A stretch of DNA of 61,890 bases, counting the filler, from Choristocarpus tenellus KU-1152 (lineage: Eukaryota; Protista; Phaeophyceae), in NCBI GenBank assembly GCA_964200185.2. It is 14 parts of 14 records of this genome, joined end to end, with 100 filler letters (N's around TTAATTAATTAA, not from the genome) between each part and the next. Parts side by side here need not be neighbours in the genome. Positions count along the whole stretch, not along the records: positions 44,586 to 53,055 come from CAXNAD020004675.1; positions 53,156 to 55,997 come from CAXNAD020024280.1; positions 56,098 to 58,873 come from CAXNAD020024842.1; positions 58,974 to 61,890 come from CAXNAD020023675.1; 10 more parts are not named here. One strand, 5' to 3'. Of this stretch, positions 50,615 through 61,890 are shown in pieces. The translations under genes were made by a program, and so were the position numbers. The stretch's first letter is position 1, and each line of letters starts with the position of its first letter. The notes under the pieces were generated by a model, which was not told the origin of the DNA, did no database searches, and saw only the letters and a list, made by a program, of their open reading frames with translations.

Positions 50615-51119
50615 ATATCTCTTCCTAAGAGTCACAAAGTGCTTTAACCAGCATCAAAATGACAAAGCAAGCGAGACACAACTGTCCCTTCAAGACCTTG
50701 TATTTGTATATTTTTGAGAACATGTACGGGGAAGGGGATTATTTGTTCTGTCCACCCATTCATCTGTTACCAGGGTTGAAGAAAAATCGTCAGATTTATA
50801 GTTCGAAGTTCAAGGTCCTCGTTGGCACTTTCAAGTAGGGAGAAACATCCTTGCTGCAGTTAGGTAATGCAGATATAATTCCTTTTTTTCATGCTTTTTG
50901 ACGGAATTAAAGCTGTTTCAAGATCAAGCATATTTTTGTTGGGGATAGCCGCAACAATGACGGTGACAAACCCGCCAAGTCCACTTGGTGGTCAGATCGT
51001 AGTCAGAGATTGGAATGACAATGTGGCAAACTAAACAGCTTTAAAGTTGGGTAATTTAGAGAAAAAGGTTTATTCTCACCGAATACTGGGATATACCCGT
51101 TGCTTATCCTTGACGGGAA

Positions 51120-51600
51120 GCTACCTATGAGGCTGCCGTAGGGATTTGTCTTGGAGGCTTTTGTTCCATTTTGCTAGAGGATATTTTATGGCTGTTGCTC
51201 GTTGTGGAGCTCATGCCACCAAGAAGATCAATCCCGCCAGAGTCACGGCTTTGGCCAAGGCGCCATGTTGTACCTTTTGAAGGAGCTCTCCTGAGGTAAC
51301 AAGAGGGTGAAACGAGAAGAGGCTGAATTGTTTCAGAATATTCTTTAGTTGTGGAGAGATGGTTTGCGAGCAAGAAGTTTTCTACCCCACAATACTCTCT
51401 TCCAAAGTGATCACGGCAGTAGCAATGAATGATGGATGATGCGAAGTCAAGTGACCACTCGCAAATCGTATAAAGGCTCGCGTAGTTTTGATGAGTGTCT
51501 TGAGGTGGTCCTATGTCAATAAGCACTTTCTATTTCTCTACGAATTTCCAATTGCGTACGACGAGCCAGCTCCCTAATGTGCGCAGGGGTTGTTCCTGGA
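51120..51600 (-). pseudogene. Possible decayed Ty3/gypsy pol fragment
   Basis: QLEIRREIE/VLIDIG...NYAS (RT N-terminus-like) and ETIQPL...KGTTWRLG (connection-like). Heavily deleted. Confidence 0.3.
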
Positions 51601-53155
51601 CACAGGTCTTCCTTAGTCCTGAGATGGGCATTTGGGCTTGAACATCTTACGAAGGAAAAATTATATATTTTAAGTATACAGCACGACTGGAGTATGCCGT
51701 CTGTTTATCCCAGGAGTTTCTACTTATGGCTTGACAATGACACTGACTGGAGCTATCATCAACCCGGATACATAAGATGATTCCAAATACTCACAAAAAA
51801 GCCGAGTTTGTAGACTTCTGGACACCGAGTCAGGAACGTCACCTATTAGAAACGGACTTGTTGGGGGAGGAGTTTCGATGGATGCTGGATACGCTCTGAT
51901 GAGGTGGCCTCGATTAATATGGGTTTATCCCTTGGATGAATGTCAGGTATTTGCTGGTATATCTTTTTTCGTTTCGTCTATTCGGTAAGACATGATTGAA
52001 ACGTGAAACGCGCTTTTCTTTGCGATTCGACAGAATTCCTTAATTCAACAAAAACATCTTCGATCTTTCGATTGGTTTGGTCTCTCCTCCGAAACATTCC
52101 ACCAAGAGGGTTTCGTTTCGCGTTTTGGTTTTCGCTCTGTAGAAACTCTCCGAATCGAAGGTGACCCCAAAAAGGGCGAAATCATTTAGATTTCTGTACA
52201 TAGCATTAACCACCTATTGAGAGGTGGTTGAGGACGTCTACCGCTCTCTTGCTGAGATTTGTGGGAGTGGAGTCGATGTCTTGAAATGACGGAGCTGGCC
52301 TGTGATGTCCTGGTTTCCAATTGTGTGGTGAATAGACACCCAAGATATTTCCTTCCATCCTGGACAGGGTTGCACAGAAGTGAGTTGAAGATACGGACGA
52401 CAGGGAACAGACCTGCGAGGATATGTGCAAATTGCCTATTCCTCAGCAAGAGTGGGCCATTGGTTATCCCTTCTCGGGCAGATGCTTTCCCACACGTTGT
52501 GTAGGTGTTCGTGTTCGTGAGTGAGCGACTGAGATTCAGGAAGAAATGCAGATGGTGTGGGAAGGAAAAGGTGACATTGACTGCTGGACAGACCCAGGCA
52601 AGGTGCTTGAACCCTCATGTACGTAAATCCAGAGTGTCGTATGTCGTTGGTTCGTAACCGAAGAGATTTGATTGATTTTTTTTGGTCTGTGTTGGTTGCG
52701 TATTCGTTCCCCTGATATGCGGTGGAGACATATGTAAGTGAAAGCACACCAGCGATATCATATAGCCACTACCTAACTGATGTTAAAGTATCCCCAAAAT
52801 CATCAAAGAGGGTAAAGGGGATAAACCCGGAGGATTGCTTGATGTATGTAGAGTGATTGATTAAATTTAGGTGGGGCAAGCAAGGCCCCATAAAATCAGA
52901 AATATTTCCTTGTGTATGAGAAAAACTCTCATTCAACTAATCACTAGTAAAAGGTTCTGATAACTCAACCACTAATTGATTGTTCCATTACTCCATACAT
53001 ATTTTACCGTAACTGTCCGATGGAGTTGGAAGAGTCTAATTGAACACCCTCCCTANNNNNNNNNNNNNNNNNNNNNNNNNNNNNNNNNNNNNNNNNNNNT
53101 TAATTAATTAANNNNNNNNNNNNNNNNNNNNNNNNNNNNNNNNNNNNNNNNNNNN

Positions 53156-53177
53156 CCCCCCCCAGATACTCTGACCC
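53156..53177. mobile_element. MITE family B right end inserted in copia integrase
   Basis: CCCCAGATACTCTGACCC at the contig start. Confidence 0.72.
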
Positions 53178-53179
53178 AA

Positions 53180-54953
53180 TTGCCAGGGCGTACTCAGCCC
53201 TACCGCGTGATTTAACTTTCTTCGATCCTGTGAGTCAATAAAGACGCGAGTGAAGGGCGTCCCCTAGCTCGTGCAGTGGTGGAGTTTGGGACAGATTCTT
53301 TTATCCTAATCCCTTTGCGCACCCTATGCACTTTGTTGACGCTAAGTTTCCTGTCAGTGTGATTCCTTGTTCCTTAGCTGTGTGTCGAAGAATTTCTCAC
53401 CAGCGTGGTTGAGGATGCGATGAAAACAGTAATGTGCATGGATGTTGAAGAGACAGTTGCGGCCAAAGGTGTTTCTTCTGGGGGTGGTAACCTTTCGACG
53501 TTAGCTGCATACATGGATCCATTCCACTAAAAATAGAGCGGAAAACCCTCTCCATCACAGATATGATATGCATCACCAATCAATTTGGTATGCACTTCCT
53601 TAGCCCCACCAGCAGAATGTGAAGAGAGAAGATTGAAAGCTACTTTCGGGACATATGCAACAGACGTCAGAGTAACATGCACCCACTCATCGCAGCCAAT
53701 ATTGAAATTCAAATTAATCTTGCCATACCCCATAATAGGTAGTGATGTTCCGCCAGCCACGGTCATGTTGTGGCCTTGTGGACATGTGGTGAAGTCATAC
53801 ATGTACTGCGAGTCTTTCATTACACTGTTGGAAGCACCCGAATCAAAAATCCACGTTTCGAAAGCATCCAATCTCACCTTGCCATTATCAGCCACAGTAG
53901 CTAACATGGTCTTGAACTTCCTAGATTCCCTAGCTGGTTCGTCTGGTTCAGCTAGTATTCCCGCAGACTTTAAAAGGTTTTGCCCTCCTCTGTGGGCACA
54001 TAGCTCGCAGGTGGCCATTCCTCCCGCAACTGTAACACGATCCTTTAAATGTACAGGAACCGAAATGCCAAACCAATCAACACTTATCACATTTCTCTCG
54101 GGCCTGGGTTAGCCCCCTGGAACGGGATCCTGTCGTCGCAGGGTCAATACGGTGACCAGTCGTACCCAGACTGCCACCTCGGCCAGCCTTTTTAACGGTC
54201 TTCGCGGCCAGAACGCCTCCGGTCTCTCCACCATCTCCTATCTCTCGTTGAAGTGAGAAATAATGCGAGCGAGCAGCTTGTTGTATTGTAGTTCTTGAAC
54301 GCTCACTCTTGTTATGGTGCTGGAGATGTTGTTTAGTGATCTGGTAGTCGTCATCCAAACAGTCTAACATAGCGATTTCTAGGACCTGCTCAGACATCAC
54401 ATGCCCCATCATCGCCATCTGGCCAACCCAGTCCAGCATCCTAATGAAGGTAACTTGGGTGTCTGACCCGAGGCATCTGGACCGTCATAACTTTCCTTTG
54501 GAGTCTGACTATTTCCTCATCTGACTAAATAAGGAAGTGTTCACGTAGTTGTTTCCAGGCTCCTGAAGGTGAGACAGCATTGCGGACTATACACCGGTAA
54601 ATCCCACTGGTGCTCCTCAGCAGGACGTCATAAGCCCTCTTGGCCTTGGTGACCTCATCTTCATCCACATCTTCCTGCTTGATGAAATCAATATCACCCA
54701 CCCTGATAGGTTCCTCGCTGTACTCTAATGCCTCGTCAATATCCCCTTTAGCTCCCGAAAATGCCCGGGTTATAGCAAACCAATCGGCATAGTTGTCGTC
54801 CGTTGAGTTGAAGGAGTTTGGTGTGAAAACATAAGTAGCCATAAGTGATGCAATACCTAATTCAAAAACCAGTCCGGCTGCGCCTCCCCTAGCTAGAGTT
54901 TGTGTTAGGCGCTTGAGCGTGTTGAGAAGCTTGGCGCACCTAAGGCACGTCAC
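53180..54953 (-). mobile_element. Ty1/copia gag-protease-(pre)integrase, frameshifted
   Basis: gag SPSGAWKQLREHF, degenerate zinc knuckle CDKC*LVWHFGSC, protease TWIFDSGAS and VAYVPKVAFNLLS, pre-integrase HRILNHAG...CIGCAKG, integrase start PFTRVFID. Confidence 0.92.
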
Positions 54954-55184
54954 TGGAAGCTAGCAGTTGAATTGCATGGTAAAGCACACATTGAATTATT
55001 AATTATCCGCAGGGTATTGTCCACTTGATGCTATTGTCCCATTATACCATTTGTAACGTCCCCATTAACCCACCATATCATACCGCTGTGTACGTTACTA
55101 CCTTGTATTGTACTAAAATAGCGATCAACGTACATATAAGCTATGTTGTTTACTTGGATCAGCACAGAAAACGTGAGGATAACA

Positions 55185-55997
55185 CTAGCTTATTCGACAT
55201 ATTCAAAGTGGATATTGGCAGATTCCTGTTGCTGAGGATGACATTGATACAACTGCTTTTGTCACATCCAGAGGCAAATACGTTTTTGAGAGGATGCCCT
55301 TTGGGATATCAAATGCCCCTTGGCAATTTCAAAGAATCATGTCCTTAGCCTTTGCAAACTTTGGTCCACTGGGTGGGTTGCTAGGTTCATGGATGATCTG
55401 ATTGCTTGTTCTCCCACATGGTAAGGATATCTACACTTACTAGAACAGCAATTCAGAGCTTACAAGCAGCAGGTTTAACTTTGAAACCGTCAAAGATCCA
55501 ATTTGGACTCAAAGAAGTACGTTACCTGGGTCACATTTTATGGTCTGAAGCAATTCATATCGGTGAAGATCGTGTTCGTGCAATCACTGAATTACCCAAA
55601 CCCACCACCATCAAAGAACCTCGATCTGTCCAAGGTATGATAAATTTTGTGTGTAAATTCATACCCAACTTAGCCACAGTAATCGAACCGTTAGTTCTTC
55701 TCACAAAAAAAGGTGTCAATAAAAGAGAGGATAAAGAATGGGGATTGGACCAGGATGTGGCATTTTTTAGAGTAAAACAATTACTCACTGCAGCCTCGGT
55801 TCTCGTATTCCCTGACTTTACCAAAGAATTCATCGTTCATGTTGATGCCAGTGAGAGTAGTGCTGGAGGGTTTTTAGCACAACCTCGATCCGATAATCCT
55901 GCAGACCTAGGTATCATTGCATACTTCAGCAAGAAATTTAATGAAGCTCAACGTCATTATTCAGCTACATTAAGAGAGTGTTATGCAGTCGTTACAG
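55185..55997 (+). mobile_element. Ty3/gypsy reverse transcriptase-RNase H fragment
   Basis: IQSGYWQIPV..TAFVT.RG.YVFERMPFGISNAP, FMDD, LKPSK...VRYLGH, RNase H FIVHVDAS...IAYFSKK..AQRHYSATLREC. Frameshift near the YxDD motif. Confidence 0.95.
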
Positions 55998-57126
55998 NNN
56001 NNNNNNNNNNNNNNNNNNNNNNNNNNNNNNNNNNNNNNNNNTTAATTAATTAANNNNNNNNNNNNNNNNNNNNNNNNNNNNNNNNNNNNNNNNNNNNCCC
56101 TCCCCAGCAGTTCCCCTCTTAATTCCCAACGGGGGCCTCCAAGCCACATTACTCCGCCAGGGCTCTATTATCATCAAGGAAAAGAAACACATTTAAAAAG
56201 AAAATAACACAACTACGTATCTGTATTACAAAGAATATAAAAAAAAGAAAACCTATTACCAGTACAAAATAAGGAAAAAAAATAACGTCCAAAGTACAAG
56301 CAAAGAGTAACTCAATTCATTTTTTTAAAAATATGTATCACCTAAATATATATATATATATATATTCAAAGGAACTACTTCCTCCATTCTGCCATCTGCC
56401 CTAAAAAAATCTATTCCAAGGCAAGCCAAAAAAAAAAAAAATGCACAAAACAAAAACACTAGAAAGGAAAGAATATATAACCACAAAAAATTGCAGCAAA
56501 ATCTGACTCAGTCTACCCCATGTTTTACACCCCCACAACAAAGCCTCAACACAACGCCTTCCCAATTAGCTGCATTTTCTCATCCATGCAAAATGTTCCT
56601 CCGGGCGATGCGGAACAGAACAGAATTATTTACCTCACCAGAGTAGACTCATCCATCATACATCCATATCCTCCCCAGAGAGTCAACAGAGTTGAACAGA
56701 CACACAATAACAAGACAAACAGACTCAAGACAACAAGACAACAGTACCACCCCATTTTACTAACACTGTGGCAATCTATTAACCACACTCAAATATCATC
56801 AAACATCATCACAATACAGATACTGATTCAACTCAATTCAATTTAATTCAATAAACTACATTCCTTTGCCCCCCCCTCCCCTTCCCCCCCCAAAATATCA
56901 CTGCAAAATCCACCAATTTTTTTTTTTAGCATTTTCAGCAGATCCACACAAACAAACACACTTGCATTAGATTGTACTCCAGTGAATGTATGTGGGAAGT
57001 ATGTGTCAGTATCATTATTTTGTTTTATTTTATATTTCTTCCAATTTTTAAAACACCCAACCTTTCTGTTTGGAACACTCTTGATAAACATTATTAGTAC
57101 ATGCTATGCATGCAAGTACCCCCGGA

Positions 57127-57458
57127 AACACACACAGCAACACAATCATAACAACACACACAGTAACATATGCATAACACACTCATAACAACACACCCGT
57201 AGTAACACACACAACAACACAATCATAACAACACACACAGTAACATATGCATAACACACTCATAACAATACACCCGTAGTAACACACACAACAACACAAT
57301 CATAACAACACACACAGTAACATATGTATAACACACTCATAACAATACACCCGTAGTAACACACACAACAACACAATCATAACAACAAACATAGTAACAT
57401 ATGCATAACACACTCATGACAATACACCCGTAGTAACACACACAACAACACAATCATA
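57127..57458 (+). repeat. 77-bp CA-rich minisatellite x about 4.3
   Basis: AATCAT anchor recurs at 57144, 57221, 57298, 57375 and 57452 (period 77). Confidence 0.92.
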
Positions 57459-58397
57459 CTAACTGATGCAACAACACACGCATAACACACACAACAACAC
57501 ACACAGTAACACAACAAACAACACACCTGCAGGATCAATGGGCTGTGAAGATGCAAGCTTGACTAAACATGGCAAAGCTCCACTGTCCAAAACAGTCTGT
57601 ATCTGATCCACCGTACCCGCTGCAATGTTACTCAATGTCCAGCACGCCTTCCATAATAAACAACAAAAAATATTCAGAAAGAGTCGAGTCAGGGGGTAGG
57701 GGGAGGGGGAGGAAATATGAACCCCAGCCAGGGAGGGGCTAAAGAGGAATCAGTGACTATTGATACATGCCTCCAGCTTCTAATGCACAGCTCCATTCAT
57801 CATTGGTAAAAATGATCACTAGTCTCTGTGACTACTTCAAAACGAACACCTACTTAGGTGCATCTAGACCATCTCCACACTAAGGCACAGGGAACTCTTA
57901 TCCCATACAAACCCTAGAAAAACCCTAACCGTAACCCTAACCCTAAACACAGGCACAAAAAACGCCTTCCCAGTACTACCAAACCACACAGGAAAATGTT
58001 TCGTGTACAAGGATCACACGCCTTCCCAGTAATTACCTAACTGCACGTCATTCAAACTTCCCTCTAAATAAAAAAAACAGGATACGTGTTAGTTATCACC
58101 AGAAAAATACACACAATGTGCACATTCTTTATTGTATACCTCACAACACACATTTCTCAAAAAAAACATTGAAAATAATATATTTTTGAAATATATTCTT
58201 TTCTACACGCATGTAAAAAAAAAAAATCCCGATCAGATTCAAAATCACAATTTTTTCTTTGTTTTTTCATACCTAGTAACCCTAACCCTATCACCACACC
58301 ACCACGTCTACCCTCTTCACCCAGACCAAACTAATCTCCGATACATAGCCTGAGAGCCATAATAAAAACACTTTGCTTTCTTCAATGTTACATGTTG

Positions 58398-58456
<59 letters not shown>

Positions 58457-58675
58457 ACACAACAATCAACAGTGAAAACCAGTGCCTCTCCCTTTCTGTT
58501 TTTTTTTATCTGGTTCAAGCGCTCGAGTACATCACATCTTGAAAACGTTTCCCACGCTCAATCAGTTAGGGTTAGGGTTAGTCATTCCACAGCACGCCTG
58601 CTTGTCTTGAAACTTCTAACTTCTGCATAGCAAGCAATCTCACATAGGTGAAGCCATAATATCACTGCAAATTTG

Positions 58676-58838
58676 GGTTCAAGGTATCTTGGGGGGGCAG
58701 GAGCAGTGGCTGTCCATTCGGGGCCCATATTTCCATGTCGTGATCCTTGAGGTGACTTCGTTGGATGCGTTGGATGGATAATGTAAGGGGCACTTCTCCT
58801 GGTCAGGACCCGAATGGACACCCTTGTGTAGACCCCCC

Positions 58839-58873
<35 letters not shown>
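58676..58873. mobile_element. MITE family B variant (right end lost at contig end)
   Basis: GGTTCAAGGTATCTTGGGGGG, internal TGTCCATTCGGG / CCCGAATGGACA, then poly-C. Confidence 0.72.
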
Positions 58874-59920
58874 NNNNNNNNNNNNNNNNNNNNNNNNNNN
58901 NNNNNNNNNNNNNNNNNTTAATTAATTAANNNNNNNNNNNNNNNNNNNNNNNNNNNNNNNNNNNNNNNNNNNNGCCAATCTGTACCTCGTTCCCACCTCC
59001 AACACGTTTCACTGTTGTAACCTACAGACAGGCTGGTGTCCTCGACAATGACTTCTTTCAAACTATTTCGCCCCGCAAGCCGCCTCCATTAGACGCGTTA
59101 ACCACGTCAACCGTATTGTTTGCTCTGCTCGATTGACATGCTATCGTTCTTACATTACACTCTCCCATCTGTAACGTCCCCATGGTCCCCTCCTCTCCTC
59201 AACAACGTTCTCCGCCGTGTCCACCACCAGATTCTCTTGAAAGACTCGATGCTATGCGCTTACCTCACCAGCTGGGATGGGAAATACCAGGATGTCCTCA
59301 ACTAGGTCAACCTCCATCAGATCCACAACGGGCGCGGCGGTGATGGTGGCGGTGCTGACGTCGAGAGCAACAACGTATCAGCATCAGATGGCGGGGAGAA
59401 AGAAGACGAGGGAGGGTGCGAACACAAAGGAGGGGACAAAGACGAGGGGGGGGACGGACTGCCAGGCAGGGAGGATATGGGCGAGGGGGTTCTGTCGACA
59501 GCGTTCCTGGTGCGGAAGAAGAACAAAACGTCCATGGAGGGTAGAATGCGGGCATTTGCTGTACTGAATGCAATCCTTCACCTACAGCTCAGTGAGTAAT
59601 GTAGTTAGTTGTAATGGTGCACATGCGAATGGCGGGTAATTAATGGCGTAAGATTGGTTTTCATCCGATCGCCCGAACGGCTAACTAAGTTGTCTTGCTT
59701 CAGCAATGCACGCCAGCACACCGGTGGATGTCGCGGGGTCCCTCTGTGTGTGGCACTGCGGTCGCTACCCCCAGGTCTCTTTGTTTGCCACAGCCCGAGT
59801 GTGTTAGTGCATGTCGCAACCAACTGTTTTATCTCACCTGTAGTTCGTATTGTTTTGTTGCGCCAATTTCGTGGTCCTTCGTAGCTGTGGATCCCTGCAT
59901 TACGTTGTTGCGCCCAATTA

Positions 59921-60260
59921 ATGATGTGGGAAAAATGCTGTTCTGTCTGTTTGATGTTCTCGTTCGATGCCACGCGCGGCAGGTATTCCTGCCCAAAGTG
60001 CTCCATCACGCACATGGGCGAATGTGCCAACGTGGAGATTGTGGGCGACGAGAGGCACAAGGATCGATTGTGTATCAATTGCCCCGTGGCAAAGGAGGGC
60101 AGTGAAGGGACTGGACCGATGGGAAATGCAGCGGCGGGTCGGGGAAGGGGCAAGGGTAAGGGTAAACGTAACGCAAGGAGCACAGGCGGGTCAACCAGCA
60201 GGCAAAGCCTTTTACGTACCCCCTCACACAGTGAAACGGCGGACATGGAGAAGTGCATGT
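59921..60260 (+). CDS. PHD-type zinc finger exon
   Basis: CSVC-x12-CPKC-x3-HMGEC-x14-CINC gives a C4-H-C3-like ligand order, followed by a G/R/K-rich tail. Confidence 0.55.
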
Positions 60261-60639
60261 GGGTCTCGGCGTGGTTGCACATTATACGGACATACAAGTC
60301 ATCTCTGCATGTTTGGTTTCGTGTTGGTTTGCACGTGGGTCTTGGCTAGTTGTACGTCATGTTGATTGCTCGTCCTTTGTGTGTTCGGTATGGCGTTTTT
60401 TTGGAGGTTTCCATGGGCCACGGAATTTACCTGTTTGACGTCTCCCCTCCTTCCACGAGATGTATCTGATGGGTCGGGCATTGTGGAGGGTATGGCTTAA
60501 CATTTTGGGGATGCAGGGAAAATATTATCAGGTCCTCACTTATTGATAAAATTGCCTGCACCGTTGTTTATGATGCTGTCCTTTTCGTCGTGCTGTCTGT
60601 GTACTGTGTCATGTGTCATGATGTCCAAACAAGGCTTAG

Positions 60640-61790
60640 AACACTGCACTACGCGACCTTCGCCCTATCAACCCGACGCTACCCTTAAACGGCCTGAAAG
60701 ACTTCGCCTTCCGCAACGCGCCAAAGCTCGCTATAGTGTCCATCGCCGCCAAGCCAAGACTCCTCTACAACGAAGAGGCGACCAACACCCACTTGCGCCA
60801 GGTGATGAAGTGCTTGCAGGTGAAGATACATCCTCAGGGCACCATCGCGCTATTTGTGCCCCACCCATGGGCCGTGCAATCACACTGCCTACACGGTGAG
60901 TTGCAGAGTTCGCCAGCGCTGAAATACGGGGTGTATTGCGGGAGACTATTGCAATCCGCCATGGCCGTTATCAGTCCGCTCGTGTGTCGATCGGAAACGG
61001 TGGCGGCCGTTCAAGAGATGCGGATTCTGTCGTGTGTCCTTTTTTTTTCGCTTTCCCCATGTTGTTTCATCTTCTTCGTACCTTGTATTTCCTTTTGTGT
61101 CTTTTGCTCTTCCCCCTCGTGTCCTTCGTAGTTCTTTGTTTCATTGTCCGCGAATCGCATGCTGGTGTTGCTTGTCTTCACTACTTTTTTTTTGCCGTCT
61201 TTCCTTCTATTTCAGAATTTCCTATTGTTTGCATTTTTTTGCATTTGTTATTTGGCTTGCTTTCCACCCTTGTTGTACTATTATTATGTTAGTGGTATGC
61301 GATTTCATGAACCTCAACGATGCCGTACTTGTGTGCTGTCACTGTCAAGTCTGACGCATGCCAGACCCACGTGCTCGCTCCCGCCTTCTCTTCATTCAGG
61401 GGCTCTTATGGCGTCGAATGTGGACTTGGTTGTGGAAGACCATCCCTTGCTTATAATGTACAAGACGAGGGGGGCGGGGCGCCCTCTTGCAGGCACTGAT
61501 AACCATATCAGATGCCACCAGGACATGATTCTTCTCGTGCACAACGATGGGACAGAGTTCACGTGCAACAAGTGAGTCACCGTCGACGACATCTTTGGCC
61601 ACGGGATTGATCCATCTCCTCCGGTGCTCCAAACCATGTGTGACGTCGAGTACCAAGGTGCTGCGACGGACATCCCCATGAGGGCCCTCCACTTCCTCGT
61701 TAACAGGTTCGTTAAGTACGTCACACATGCCCTTCTTCACGGGAGCAACGACTTTTTTCGTATGGGTGTAGATAATCGTTAAAGAGTAAC
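60640..61790 (+). pseudogene. Spliced beta-class DNA amino-methyltransferase-like gene (possibly inactive)
   Basis: Exon to 60895 (CLQVKIHPQGTIALFV), intron 60896-61399 (GTGAGT...pyrimidine tract-CAG, phase-consistent), then exon LIMYK...HQDMILLV...IPMRALHFLVNRF and, shifted, PFFTGATT. No clear DPPY/SPPY. Confidence 0.4.
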
Positions 61791-61839
61791 GCAACAAGCT
61801 GGGTGATGGTTCAGGGGCGTCAAACCGTACCATGAGCGT

Positions 61840-61890
61840 GAGTGAAAGTATCTTAGAGGGTACGAATTTTTCCCTGTTTGTCCATTTGTG
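61840..61890 (+). mobile_element. MITE family A (truncated by window end)
   Basis: GAGTGAAAGTATCTTAGAGGGTACGAATTTTTCCCTGTTTGTCCATTT. Confidence 0.9.

Noticed and set aside
53180-55997. Single hybrid element combining copia gag-protease with gypsy RT
   Set aside because: The two are on opposite strands and from different superfamilies. Nested or adjacent insertions explain it more simply.
60650-60670. RPSPY as an SPPY catalytic motif of the methyltransferase-like gene
   Set aside because: It is not an exact motif and lies in a different frame from the downstream conserved blocks.

Overview
The window is not one locus. It is 14 short contigs joined by 13 artificial 100-nt linkers (N44-TTAATTAATTAA-N44). 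The DNA is eukaryotic, repeat-rich and gene-poor. TTAGGG tracts, spliceosomal-style introns and the character of the retroelements suggest a stramenopile, probably a brown alga (inference). It is dominated by three related families of short TIR elements (MITEs A, B, C; about 30 copies or ends) with GAG/GGG-type termini and a mix of 3-bp and 4-bp target duplications, several nested in each other. It also holds decayed Ty1/copia, Ty3/gypsy, RLE-type non-LTR, mariner and possibly hAT fragments, one intact tRNA-Pro(TGG) and two minisatellites. Best leads: (i) a spliced beta-class N6A/N4C methyltransferase-like relic downstream of a PHD finger; (ii) a three-copy unknown gene with Tudor-like motifs, one copy lying behind a Sola2-like transposase tail that could belong to the MITE mobiliser. 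No intact host protein gene, CRISPR array or prokaryotic operon is supported. Protein calls come from motifs recognised by eye, not from database searches.
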